Source of the DNA: a virus
Direction: 5' to 3' (one strand)
Length of the DNA stretch: 64,000 nt
Virus record (IMG/VR): IMGVR_UViG_3300027754_000047
Location: 32,001 to 96,000 of that record
Below the pieces are notes generated by a model. That model saw nothing but the letters and a program-made list of their open reading frames with translations, searched no databases and had not been told where the DNA came from. Position numbers and translations under genes: made by a program. Shown one piece after another: positions 1 to 9,302 of the stretch. How positions within the stretch are numbered: position 1 is the stretch's first letter; each line of letters opens with the position of its first letter.

Positions 1-3000
1 AACCACCTAGTTCCTCGTCGCCCCAAATCATATATGCTACTTTGAGGTTCTTACCCATAGCTAGGGCACCATTAGCGTCAGTATAGTTAGACTTAGCTAA
101 TAACTGACCAGGCTTAACCTGATCTCCTAGTTTAACTCCAGCAGTATTGTGTATGTAGGTGTTGTGTACTAGTAGACCGCAATCTACTGCAAACACTTGG
201 CTGCTGGCGACTTCGAAGTCATAGACATAGGCGGCAGGTTCAGCCTTAGTAATACTTACTACTGTATCCCACATAACGTCAGAGTCTGCCCAAGGCTTAA
301 GCACTCCGGATTTAATGCGGTGCCGTTGTATGTAGCTTCCAGCAGTAGCAGTCTTGTAAACCGAATGAGGGGTTGTTGCCCCAGTGCCGGCATATGCCAA
401 GACCCTACTAGCCTGAGTAACAGGGATCCCGTCGAACGTAGCAGCCCTAAAACTAAGGGAGGTTAAACTATTTAGCTTTTCGTTTCGGTCCTGGTAGCAG
501 AACCAGGCTGCTAGTCTATTAATGTGGCTAGAGATTACTCTCAGGCCATAACTAGGATTCCAAGCTGCATTTTGGTGGAGCTTAGTCTTTGGCAGTGTGC
601 AGAATATTCCTAGAGAGGCCAAAATATCTACCAGTCTATCTCTCATTAACAAACTAGCAGTCCAAGCTTGTAGCTGTACGGCTCCATTAGTATCTGAGTG
701 TAAGCAACCATCTCCAGACATGTAGCCTTGGATTAGGCCCTTACGAAACTCTACTGAGCGGAGCATAGTTTGCTCAGAGGGAGCCTTAGCGCCACTACCG
801 TGTCCAAACTCTTGCCGCAGCCAAGTAGCGGTTTGCTTACAGGTAAAAGAGGCTTTACCTGTACTAACAGCATTGACGTGAACTTTAAACCCAAGTGTAG
901 TCAAAAGGATATTAAGCTCTGCTTGCCGAGCTGCTGGTTGAGCGGCCAGTACTACTAAGTTTGGCTGACTTGCAGGTATGTGGCCCTCTGCTAAGTATAA
1001 TCCTGCCAATAAGCCCCAAGCATGAGTATCGTGATCCATGGTGCTGCAGGCGCCTAAGGTCATTCCTACTACAGGCAGTCGAGTTACGCCTACCTCACAG
1101 TCAGCTGGATATATGGGCACTAACTCTCCGGAGTCTCCTAGCGTAACTAAGGAGTGATCCTCAGTAGTAACCACTTGACGGCCAGATAGTGTAGTAGTCA
1201 GCACCAGGCGCTTAGTGTTAGGGATCTTAGCAAACCCTGTGATAGGCTCCCAAGCTGCCGCCTTAGTGTCCAGATTAATGGATCTTATTAGATCCCCTGA
1301 CTCTTGCTGATAGTCTTGGGCGGCTACTTGCTGAATTACTCCAGTTGCTCGTTTGATCCAAACTTTGGTAGCTCCGGCAACACACTTACGGTTAAAAGGA
1401 AAGTTGTTGTACAATTCGTACCGCTTCTTATCCTTGCCGTGCTTAACCTCAATGTAGTCTGCTGTTACATCGGTAACCAAACCTGCACCTAAAGCCGCAT
1501 CTGCTCTTACAGCACCTAAATAGGCTGATACTCCATCTTCGAAAGATTTACCTTCAGCATCGTTGGGATCCAGAGCTTGCACTAATGGTGCTTCTGCTTG
1601 CTGTAAAGGTAACGCTTGAGTGAAGTACTTTGAACCCATTAATAAGCGGCCACCCTTAATACCGGAAATACCAGGTACTAGGTTGGAGTTTAAATTAAAC
1701 ATGTTGGCATAGCTTGGTACCTCGTACTGTACAGCCTCAGGCTCTACGTAAGAGATCTTACCATTAACCATAGCTCGTACTGGGTCGCCGGTTCGTAAAG
1801 CCCTAGCAAGCTCGCCTGGAAAAGCTACAACAGCATCGGTAACAGTTCTAGCAGGTATTTGTTCAATCTTACCTGTTTGGATATTCTTCATCTTAGAGTA
1901 GATCTGGCCGTCAGAACCCTTTAAAGCTCCAATGGTTAATCTAAGATCTACACCTACTTGAGAAGATTCTGGAGTGCGTACTGGATCAATAAAGCCTAAG
2001 TGACTTGGTTGAACGGAGCGGGTATCTACAGGAATACCGTGGGCAGCAGAACCAATACCACCTTCGCCGGTGCGAATGACTCTAAGGTTCTGATCCAGAA
2101 TTTCCATTGGATTAACTTCTTCAATGGGCGCACCTAAACCCGAACCCATTAACACTCCACTAAGTACCGGAGTAAACACGCCGTTTCTAAATGCTTGTAA
2201 ATTGCCTTTATTGGTAGCCTTAAAAAGGGCACCACGTAAAGCACCTCCAGCATCTTTAACTATTCGCTCTGCAAAGAAATCCTCAGGGCCATAGAAACGT
2301 TGATAAGTTAAGGCATCGCGATCATCTACATCTTCGCTGCCCTTTTGAGCATTCAAAACCTTTTGACTAGCTCTTAGTAAGGTGCTGCCGGTAACTCTAG
2401 TTAAGTCTTCTTCGTTTAACTGAATGTGATCATTGCTTGCCTCAAAGTTAAACATAGGCTCAGTTGATTTAACTGGATCCATTAAACCGTTTAAATCGTC
2501 AAAGCCTGCTACCTTTACTCCGACAGCTAATCTAAAGCCACCTGTAGGCTTAGGATCTAATAATAAACTGCGGCGAAACTGCTCTAGTTCCGGACAATCA
2601 ATATCGATGCACCATTCTCCGTTATTAGGAGGTAAGACCTGGCGAACAATATAAGTGAAGCGCCGGCCATTACCGCAAGTAGCTTCAAACTTAGACTTAA
2701 AAAGCTTCTTTAGCTTTTTAATTTCTTCAGAAGTAATTACCACTAAACGGCCTTTGTCTTCTACTGGCGAGATACCTGGAGCATTATCTCCGTCTCTTAA
2801 AGCGTAGTAGACTCCGGTAACCATACCTGCAGGTACGGTGATATAACCTTCGGATTCTAATTTAAGGGTACCCCTCATAGGCACCGCTGCAGTCTTAACG
2901 CGAGCTCCTAAAGTTCTAGCTACTACTTCTTTATTAAGCTCAGTGTTATATAGGGCTGTACGAATACCTTCATACAGGTCAGGCTCACTTATGCCACTAG

Positions 3001-3691
3001 ATGGATTACTAGTAAGCCGCTCATATATACGAGCAGCATCATAAGGAGATGATGCTCTATTGTTAGCAAAAATCTCTTTGCCCCAGCTACGCTCAAGTAC
3101 CTCGTCTGGTACTCCGTAAGCCTTAAGCATAGGATATAGTGGCGCAACTGATTGACCAATTTCGGTAACAAACTTACCGGTATCTGGCATGAAGGCAACT
3201 CTAAAGCCTCGACCCTTACCCGGTAAGGTATTAAAGTGAGCTTCGTATTCACCCGACTTACGCTTACGTACATAAGCGCCGGGCAACAACCTAGCTTGAT
3301 TGGCTACAGTGTATTCGCTGCCTGCGTTTATAAAAGTGCCTCTGTTGGTTAAGTAAGGCACTCGAGCTAAAGTTAATGATCTATCTGTCTTATCTAGTAC
3401 AGCTCCGGTGGCTATATCTCGCATAACCAGCTTACCCTTTAACGGGTAATACAAACTTTGATTCTGCATCAAGGCTTGCTGTTGCTCTTTTAAACTGTAA
3501 TCTTCCGACTTACCATAACGCAAGTCAGTCAACTCCACTCTGTAGCGGGTATTTTGTAAAGGAAACTTAGCTGCTACTGCAGTAAAAACATTATCAAAGA
3601 TGTTTTTACGTGTAGCTGTGTAGTCGCTAAAGCCTCTAAGAGTTGGAGCTTGTGGTTGGATTAGGGCGTTTAAATCGTCCTCAGTAGCCAT
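1..3691 (-). CDS. rpoB: Phage-encoded DNA-directed RNA polymerase beta subunit (RpoB-like), intein-containing, 3' end outside window
   Basis: Manual translation from ATG at 3691 (not in ORF track; no stop in the segments translated). Motifs match bacterial RpoB: VPYLTNRGTFINAGSEYTVANQARLLPG, DDRDALTYQRF, RVIRTGEGG..TRSVQPSHLGFIDPVRTPESSQVG, GRLLMGSKYFTQALPLQQAEAPLV, GALAMGKNLKVAYMIW. Confidence 0.93.
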   Translation of the reverse strand, partial: MATEDDLNALIQPQAPTLRGFSDYTATRKNIFDNVFTAVAAKFPLQNTRYRVELTDLRYGKSEDYSLKEQQQALMQNQSLYYPLKGKLVMRDIATGAVLDKTDRSLTLARVPYLTNRGTFINAGSEYTVANQARLLPGAYVRKRKSGEYEAHFNTLPGKGRGFRVAFMPDTGKFVTEIGQSVAPLYPMLKAYGVPDEVLERSWGKEIFANNRASSPYDAARIYERLTSNPSSGISEPDLYEGIRTALYNTELNKEVVARTLGARVKTAAVPMRGTLKLESEGYITVPAGMVTGVYYALRDGDNAPGISPVEDKGRLVVITSEEIKKLKKLFKSKFEATCGNGRRFTYIVRQVLPPNNGEWCIDIDCPELEQFRRSLLLDPKPTGGFRLAVGVKVAGFDDLNGLMDPVKSTEPMFNFEASNDHIQLNEEDLTRVTGSTLLRASQKVLNAQKGSEDVDDRDALTYQRFYGPEDFFAERIVKDAGGALRGALFKATNKGNLQAFRNGVFTPVLSGVLMGSGLGAPIEEVNPMEILDQNLRVIRTGEGGIGSAAHGIPVDTRSVQPSHLGFIDPVRTPESSQVGVDLRLTIGALKGSDGQIYSKMKNIQTGKIEQIPARTVTDAVVAFPGELARALRTGDPVRAMVNGKISYVEPEAVQYEVPSYANMFNLNSNLVPGISGIKGGRLLMGSKYFTQALPLQQAEAPLVQALDPNDAEGKSFEDGVSAYLGAVRADAALGAGLVTDVTADYIEVKHGKDKKRYELYNNFPFNRKCVAGATKVWIKRATGVIQQVAAQDYQQESGDLIRSINLDTKAAAWEPITGFAKIPNTKRLVLTTTLSGRQVVTTEDHSLVTLGDSGELVPIYPADCEVGVTRLPVVGMTLGACSTMDHDTHAWGLLAGLYLAEGHIPASQPNLVVLAAQPAARQAELNILLTTLGFKVHVNAVSTGKASFTCKQTATWLRQEFGHGSGAKAPSEQTMLRSVEFRKGLIQGYMSGDGCLHSDTNGAVQLQAWTASLLMRDRLVDILASLGIFCTLPKTKLHQNAAWNPSYGLRVISSHINRLAAWFCYQDRNEKLNSLTSLSFRAATFDGIPVTQASRVLAYAGTGATTPHSVYKTATAGSYIQRHRIKSGVLKPWADSDVMWDTVVSITKAEPAAYVYDFEVASSQVFAVDCGLLVHNTYIHNTAGVKLGDQVKPGQLLAKSNYTDANGALAMGKNLKVAYMIWGDEELGG
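161..1384 (-). mobile_element. Intein with LAGLIDADG homing endonuclease (408 aa) in RNAP beta
   Basis: In-frame 1224 nt insert. Starts CVAGATKVWI, has block B-like VVTTEDHSL and LAGLIDADG blocks LAGLYLAEG and LIQGYMSGDG, ends YVYDFEV..VFAVDCGLLVHN followed by Thr. Exteins FPFNRK|TYIHN rejoin into the RpoB RSNQNTCINQ-like segment. Confidence 0.93.
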
Positions 3692-3702
3692 AAGGAATTA
3701 AC

Positions 3703-4557
3703 TCAAATCTCTACGATTTTATTTCCATTTGCATCTACTCTAATACCTACTCCGGACTCTAACGCAGTTGCACTTAAGTTCTTCTTAAGAATAGATTTAA
3801 GCGCTTTAACCTTTTTCTGCTCTACGTCATTCTCATTACGTCTACTCATTAAATAGCTAGTTAATGCTGCTAGGCCGGTGGCAGAGCCTAAAAGCCAAGC
3901 TGCACCAGGCACACTGACAGCTGGCCCATAATGGGTGTCTACTTCCCCTCCTATGTTGGTGTAAGGTGGACTAACAAGGGTGCCTTCGGATCTTTCTAGC
4001 TCTAGGTTATCGCCCCCCATCGAACTAGGCACAATTCCTGCTTGCTTGCGACTTAAATACAAATCATCTAATTGGCTTTGTAATGCAGATGTCTTTTCAG
4101 ACAACGCAGTTTCAAACTCTTGTTTAGCCTCGGCAAGGGTATTGTCTAGTTTATTTTTTCTATTACGATCAATATATTTCTTAGTAAAGTGGTAAGCTAA
4201 GAATCCGGGAGGCAAAACAGCTAACGGAGCCAACAACCCCCAAGTCAATGCATCACCGTAGCCTGCTGTTTTTGCTTGAATTGATTCTAGTTCAGGCTCT
4301 GCTGCTTCCAGTTCAGCCGGAGTTACTCCGGAGGCGGCTAGTAGCTTAGCTCTAACTGATTCCATTTCCCCAGGTGCAACATACTCGTCATTAACGTGGC
4401 GAGCTAAACCATAAAGCCCGGCAATACCTGCTCCTGTTAAAGCACTAATACCTGCCCAACGTAATAGTTCGTTAGCATTTACGCCTGCAGTCTTGGTAAC
4501 AGCTTTAGCTTGAGCCGCAGCCCATAAAGTAGGATTGGTAGGTGTATTTTGAGCCAT
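3703..4557 (-). CDS. Putative virion internal/ejection protein, Gly/Ala-rich hydrophobic segments
   Basis: 284 aa ORF, three glycine-rich hydrophobic helices, repeated KTA/KQA motifs; directly upstream of rpoB. Function inferred. Confidence 0.55.
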   Translation of the reverse strand: MAQNTPTNPTLWAAAQAKAVTKTAGVNANELLRWAGISALTGAGIAGLYGLARHVNDEYVAPGEMESVRAKLLAASGVTPAELEAAEPELESIQAKTAGYGDALTWGLLAPLAVLPPGFLAYHFTKKYIDRNRKNKLDNTLAEAKQEFETALSEKTSALQSQLDDLYLSRKQAGIVPSSMGGDNLELERSEGTLVSPPYTNIGGEVDTHYGPAVSVPGAAWLLGSATGLAALTSYLMSRRNENDVEQKKVKALKSILKKNLSATALESGVGIRVDANGNKIVEI

Positions 4558-4611
4558 CTTATTTTACTCTACTAATAAAGTACATTACTCTTAAATATAC
4601 ATCGTTGCTAC

Positions 4612-5277
4612 TCAGTAACCGACCGTGCCGCCTGGCGGCATATTCATACTAGGTAGAATTGATTCTAAAAGTCCAGGTTCAGCAGGTTTAGCAGGTTCAG
4701 CAGGTTCAGCAGCGTAGCGATCGCCTAACATCTTAGCTCCAATACCTAAGCCGCCTCCAAGTAACGCATACAGGAGTGCGTTGCGTTTGCGGTTTTTTGG
4801 ACCAGATAGTAAGGCAGCTAAACCGCCGCCCAGTAATGCACCTCCGCCGCCATAGAGCGCCATATTGCTTGTGGAGCTGCTAGTAGGGTTTAAATAGCCT
4901 CGTAAGCTAGCTCGCCCAGCAGCTTCTTCCTCTTTAGTTTTAGCTGCGGCTGCGGCTGCTTCACCTTTAGTTTTAGCTGCGGCTGCGGCTGCTTCATCTT
5001 TCTCTCTAGTTGCTATTGCGGCGTTTTGTGCTGCGGTGATAGGGGCGAAAGCTTTTTGACGGGCAGCCTCTCTCTCTACTTCCCGTGCAGCCTCGTTTCT
5101 TATTTTGGCCTGGTCGTTTAGGGTTTTGCCTGGATTCTGTATTCTTTGAATTTCCGCTCTTTGAGCCTCTAGTATTGGATCTGTTGCATTTCCTTCTGGG
5201 CTAAACTGCTCAAGTGTCGGCGAGCCTAATCGGCGAGCGTACTTGGTAATTAAAGCATTTTGTAATCTAATATCCAT
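4612..5277 (-). CDS. Putative virion protein with glycine-zipper C-terminus
   Basis: 221 aa ORF; GGGALLGGGLAALL and LLGGGLGIG segments; Ala-rich repeat. Confidence 0.5.
   Translation of the reverse strand: MDIRLQNALITKYARRLGSPTLEQFSPEGNATDPILEAQRAEIQRIQNPGKTLNDQAKIRNEAAREVEREAARQKAFAPITAAQNAAIATREKDEAAAAAAKTKGEAAAAAAKTKEEEAAGRASLRGYLNPTSSSTSNMALYGGGGALLGGGLAALLSGPKNRKRNALLYALLGGGLGIGAKMLGDRYAAEPAEPAKPAEPGLLESILPSMNMPPGGTVGY
4932..4996. repeat. 33-bp-period tandem duplication encoding EAAAAAAKTK x2
   Basis: ctttagttttagctgcggctgcggctgcttca occurs at 4932 and 4965. Confidence 0.9.
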
Positions 5278-5287
5278 ATTATTTTCC

Positions 5288-5668
5288 TTATACTCCTACC
5301 GGTTGTTGAGTAGGCATTTGCAGTATGTCCATGTCATACAAGTGTAAATGTAATTCTTCTGCAGGCACCTGAATCACGGCAAAATACCTGACCCAAGTAA
5401 TCCAGTTCTGCTCAGGTGCTACCCACTCGACTGTTTCACTAAACTCACACCAGCCTCGATCCCGCCACTTACATAAAACGTCAATAAGCTTATTATAGCT
5501 AATTAAACAATCGGGTTCCCAAAGCTTAAACTGCTTAGAGTTAAAGAAGGGGGTATCTTGGGCTTTACTACTTTCTGGGTCTGTATCTTTATAGATAGGC
5601 TGAGTGGTTCCGTAAAACGGAGGATCACTAATACCTACATGTTTAAAACTAAATTCATCGTTAATCAC
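5288..5668 (-). CDS. Hypothetical protein
   Basis: 126 aa ORF packed in the minus-strand operon. Confidence 0.7.
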   Translation of the reverse strand: MINDEFSFKHVGISDPPFYGTTQPIYKDTDPESSKAQDTPFFNSKQFKLWEPDCLISYNKLIDVLCKWRDRGWCEFSETVEWVAPEQNWITWVRYFAVIQVPAEELHLHLYDMDILQMPTQQPVGV

Positions 5669-5688
5669 TTAATAGCCTTTTAATTCAT

Positions 5689-6051
5689 TTAGTCTACTGG
5701 GCGCTTGACTTGGTCTTTAGCGTTGCGGTATTTAGCAATCAATTGAATCTTCTTTACCTCGCCTAACGGATCATCCTCATCCCCAAGTATATCTCCAGTA
5801 GGGTCTAAAGCACCTTCTACTTGACCCATACCTTTAGCCGCTAAGCCTCCTGCTAAAGCACCACCGGCTAATAAAGTTAAGGCTGCTGTAGCTCCAACCC
5901 AGCCTACGCTTTTACCTATAATTTTTAAGGCACCCATAGCGTCTGCTTGCTTTTGAGGCAACGCAGCCAATAACTCCGACGGAGTATAGCCTAATTCGGC
6001 GGCTTTAGTACAAAAGCCTAATCTAAAAGATTGTAATTCCAAATCAACCAT
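5689..6051 (-). CDS. Putative virion protein, glycine-rich
   Basis: 120 aa ORF, AAGGA upstream, KAA/KQA motifs, LLAGGALAGGLAA segment. Confidence 0.55.
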   Translation of the reverse strand: MVDLELQSFRLGFCTKAAELGYTPSELLAALPQKQADAMGALKIIGKSVGWVGATAALTLLAGGALAGGLAAKGMGQVEGALDPTGDILGDEDDPLGEVKKIQLIAKYRNAKDQVKRPVD

Positions 6052-6092
6052 AATTACAGTTCCTTAAAAATAAGATTCTACCAAAAGTACTA

Positions 6093-7235
6093 CTAGAATC
6101 CTAATTTACCTAAGTTTATCAAAGTACCTAAGGCTGCACCGGTGCCTTGTAACACGTTCTGCTCCATAGGGCTGACATTCATAAACAGCCCAATACCTTT
6201 AGCGGCAACAGCACCTGCAACGGCTCCAGCTCCAGCTCCAATAGCTGCCTTAGCTAGATCCCCTACGGTAAACCAAGGTCTACTACCAGTGTTAGCTGCT
6301 GCTTGCATCAATCCAGCAGCTTGTCCGTGATCTATATAACCGCTGTATAACTGCTCAGCAGCTAAATCTGCTAAATGCATTTTATTAATAGGCAAGTCTA
6401 AATTAATGAAAGCTGCTTTAACCGGAGCTGCAGGTAACGGTAAGTTATATGCTTTGTTCTGATATTGGGCTTTAAATGCCGCGCTATCTGCGTCGGAATA
6501 GGATTCATTAGGCCTTGCACTAAAGTTATTTATTTCTGCGAAAGTATTAGGTAGATTGGCTAACCAAGGAGCTCCCATTCCGGCCATAGCGGCAATACCG
6601 GCTAAGGCTCCACCCTTACCCTCAAACCGCTCAGGGAATAAATACTGCAGTATGGGAATACTCGCTAAACCTAAACCCGTTAAACCAGCTCCGGTAACTA
6701 GATTACCTAATCGTTGTTGATTAGCTCCGCTAACTCCTTCGTCGTACCAGACTCCAGGGCGGTAGCCTAAGTATTTAGGTAAATCTGCGCTAAAGGCTGC
6801 GTGCTTACTTAAATGGTAAGCAGCGGTTGCTGGGTAGGTTGCACTCCAAGGAGTTTGATTTTCAGCTGCTTCTCCCACTTCTTTGGTAGCATTAGTAAGG
6901 TCTGCTTTCATTTGGCTGGCTTGGCTTTTCATCTTAGAGTAGCTACCTTTACCTCCCCCTTTAAAATTAGCCATACCTCTACCAGGCCCCATAGCCTTTA
7001 ACTTAGCCTGCTTACTACCAATGGCAGTACCGTTAATAACTTGCTCAGGTAGGTGCATTCGAAAACCAGTAGGAGTATGAGTAACGCCAACTATGCCGTC
7101 AGCCTCAGAATCAACTATAAACTCGCTAGGACTCTGCATAATAAGTCCTCGCATAATTAAATGCTTTTTATCATAGTCCTTAGTATCTGAGTAAGCTTTA
7201 GCGTTTTTTAAATCTTTAAGTTTAGATTTAACCAT
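6093..7235 (-). CDS. Putative virion internal protein, glycine-zipper rich
   Basis: 380 aa ORF; AIGAGAGAVAGAVAA and similar segments; KQA/KHA/KAA motifs. Confidence 0.55.
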   Translation of the reverse strand: MVKSKLKDLKNAKAYSDTKDYDKKHLIMRGLIMQSPSEFIVDSEADGIVGVTHTPTGFRMHLPEQVINGTAIGSKQAKLKAMGPGRGMANFKGGGKGSYSKMKSQASQMKADLTNATKEVGEAAENQTPWSATYPATAAYHLSKHAAFSADLPKYLGYRPGVWYDEGVSGANQQRLGNLVTGAGLTGLGLASIPILQYLFPERFEGKGGALAGIAAMAGMGAPWLANLPNTFAEINNFSARPNESYSDADSAAFKAQYQNKAYNLPLPAAPVKAAFINLDLPINKMHLADLAAEQLYSGYIDHGQAAGLMQAAANTGSRPWFTVGDLAKAAIGAGAGAVAGAVAAKGIGLFMNVSPMEQNVLQGTGAALGTLINLGKLGF

Positions 7236-8668
7236 TAAAGCGCTCCACTAGGTTTGGCGTCAGAGCCTGGTATTGATTCAAAACTACTAGGAGCTGTTTT
7301 GGCAGTATGGTAGGTTGAAGGAGTTGCAGCGGCTTGAGGAGCAAGGCCTACTCGATTAACAATAGAGTCGTGCAATGCCTGGGCTTTGGCAGGATCCTTG
7401 GCATACAACTCACTAAGTGTAGCGGTATACTGCTCAGGATGCAAAATTAACTGGCTAGCAAGTACGTAGTTAGGATCTGAGGGATTCCAGTCTTTAATAA
7501 CTTGAAGGCGTGGATCATTTGGATTTGCGTAATTTTCCAATTCGCTTTGAATACTAGCTACTTGAGCTTTATTTGCGTTAAAAGCTTTAGCTAGTTCTCT
7601 AGGATATTTCTGATCGCGATAAGACTTTCCTTGATAAGGATTTAAATTATTTAGGAAGTTTCCAAAGCGCCCTAATGTGTTAAAAATAGGCGATTGCTGG
7701 GCTCCGTAGGCATCAACCTGCGGCTGATACCTAGCATACTCCTCAGGATCGGAGGAGTTTGCTTGTGTATTTAATTCCTCAGTCTGTTCGGGAGTTAATT
7801 GAGATCGAATATCTCGTTCGTCAGGTTTTAGGCCGCCGAGGAAAGTGGAACCCACGAACCCAATAGGGCCTAAAGGAGAGACAGGAGTTCCACTAGCTAA
7901 CCCTTTAACTCCTTCAACGGCACCACTAAGCAAACTACCTGTATCTTGGTAAGCATCACTTGCAGAACCAATAGCATTACCCCAAAGATCTACTCCCATG
8001 CTGCCTGTTATGGCTGGAACCCCTAAATTAGTTACAGCTTTTTCCATGTTGCTACCAAAACCAGCTGCCTGATCCCATGGCTGCTTTAGGTATTGCATTA
8101 ACGCTCTAGGGTCTTGTATCCACTGCCTACCAGGGATTAATACATCTCTACCAAAGTTGTATGTGTTATTAAGAGCATTACGCCCTTGTTGAACAGCAAA
8201 GTTAACTGCTTGTTGAGTTCTAGGGTGATTGACCACGCCGGTTGCTGCTGTGGCTATAGGAGCCCCAAGCCTTACCGCTGTACCTGCTAGCGCTGATCCT
8301 GCGGCAGGTACAGCGTTAAGAGCGGCGCTACCCCCTGCTAACATTGCGGGCGCTGCTAAGGCGACGCCTGCGGCTCCGCCGGCTAAACCAGAAACGCCTG
8401 TAGATATGGCAGCAGCGTCTAACAGTTTATCATTCTGGTAATATAGGGGTTGCTTAGTAGTACCAGGTGCAGCGTTATTAACTCTACGGACAGTATCTAG
8501 CCAAGTGGAGTCGTCAGCATAGTCTGACCCAATACGACCACCTGACCAATAATGAGCAGCACCTGTAAAAGGTTCTGCCAATTGATTACCAAACGCAGCC
8601 AACGAACTAGGTGGGGCGGCTGCTCGTTTATTTAAAACAGAAAGAATGGGATACAGTCGAATATCCAT
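7235..8668 (-). CDS. Putative virion internal protein, Gly/Ala-rich
   Basis: 477 aa ORF translationally coupled to the next gene (TAATG overlap); N-terminus MDIRL..NKRAA. Confidence 0.55.
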   Translation of the reverse strand: MDIRLYPILSVLNKRAAAPPSSLAAFGNQLAEPFTGAAHYWSGGRIGSDYADDSTWLDTVRRVNNAAPGTTKQPLYYQNDKLLDAAAISTGVSGLAGGAAGVALAAPAMLAGGSAALNAVPAAGSALAGTAVRLGAPIATAATGVVNHPRTQQAVNFAVQQGRNALNNTYNFGRDVLIPGRQWIQDPRALMQYLKQPWDQAAGFGSNMEKAVTNLGVPAITGSMGVDLWGNAIGSASDAYQDTGSLLSGAVEGVKGLASGTPVSPLGPIGFVGSTFLGGLKPDERDIRSQLTPEQTEELNTQANSSDPEEYARYQPQVDAYGAQQSPIFNTLGRFGNFLNNLNPYQGKSYRDQKYPRELAKAFNANKAQVASIQSELENYANPNDPRLQVIKDWNPSDPNYVLASQLILHPEQYTATLSELYAKDPAKAQALHDSIVNRVGLAPQAAATPSTYHTAKTAPSSFESIPGSDAKPSGAL

Positions 8669-8722
8669 AGGGCTTCGTATTGTAACTGGAATACGGCTAA
8701 AATGACTGCTAAAAGGAACTAG

Positions 8723-8837
8723 GCCCTAAATCAAATGCCACGTTGCCTATACTATAGCACCTATATACACTTAGTATGGCTTAATAATTAGTATATATAG
8801 TGCTATAGTATAGGCAACGTGGCATTTGATTTAGGGC
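8723..8837. repeat. Perfect 38-bp inverted repeat between divergent operons; each arm contains CTAAA-N17-TATACT
   Basis: gccctaaatcaaatgccacgttgcctatactatagcac (8723-8760) and its exact reverse complement (8800-8837). Confidence 0.92.
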
Positions 8838-8915
8838 TCTCAGAGTATTTCTCTATAGAATAGGCAGTTAGCGGAGCAAGGTAAGCTTACATTAATTTGT
8901 GTTACAATTACCAGC

Positions 8916-9302
8916 ATGAAACCAGAATCCACCCCGTTCCTCAAGTTAGCAGAATTAATCGCTAGTGCAGCCTTGGAAGGTTGCGAAAAGGAGTATTCAA
9001 AGAAGACAGTTAAGGATCGCAGTAGTCGAGTTCAAGCTCGACGAGATATGATTCAGCGCCGAGGAGCTGCTGCAGTCAAGGGTAAGGATATTGAGCATAA
9101 AGATGGAAATCCTCGAAACAACAGTCCATCAAATTTAACCTTACGTAGTCGGGCAGCTAACAGATCTGACAACGGCCATCGTAAGGGTGAGCCGTACGCT
9201 AAGGCTAAGAAGGGTATCACTAACACTTACAAAAGAGCTATGGCTTTGCCGGGAGTATTATTTCGTTTAGCTACTAAGTTTGGAGGAAATAATGACAGCT
9301 GA
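8916..9302 (+). CDS. HNH-motif endonuclease-like small protein
   Basis: KDIEHKDGNPRNNSPSNLTLRSRAANRS fits the HNH fold signature. Confidence 0.7.
   Translation: MKPESTPFLKLAELIASAALEGCEKEYSKKTVKDRSSRVQARRDMIQRRGAAAVKGKDIEHKDGNPRNNSPSNLTLRSRAANRSDNGHRKGEPYAKAKKGITNTYKRAMALPGVLFRLATKFGGNNDS

Noticed and set aside
197-3273. Short ORFs listed in the track across 197-3273
   Set aside because: They are antisense or off-frame shadows of the RNAP beta/intein frame.
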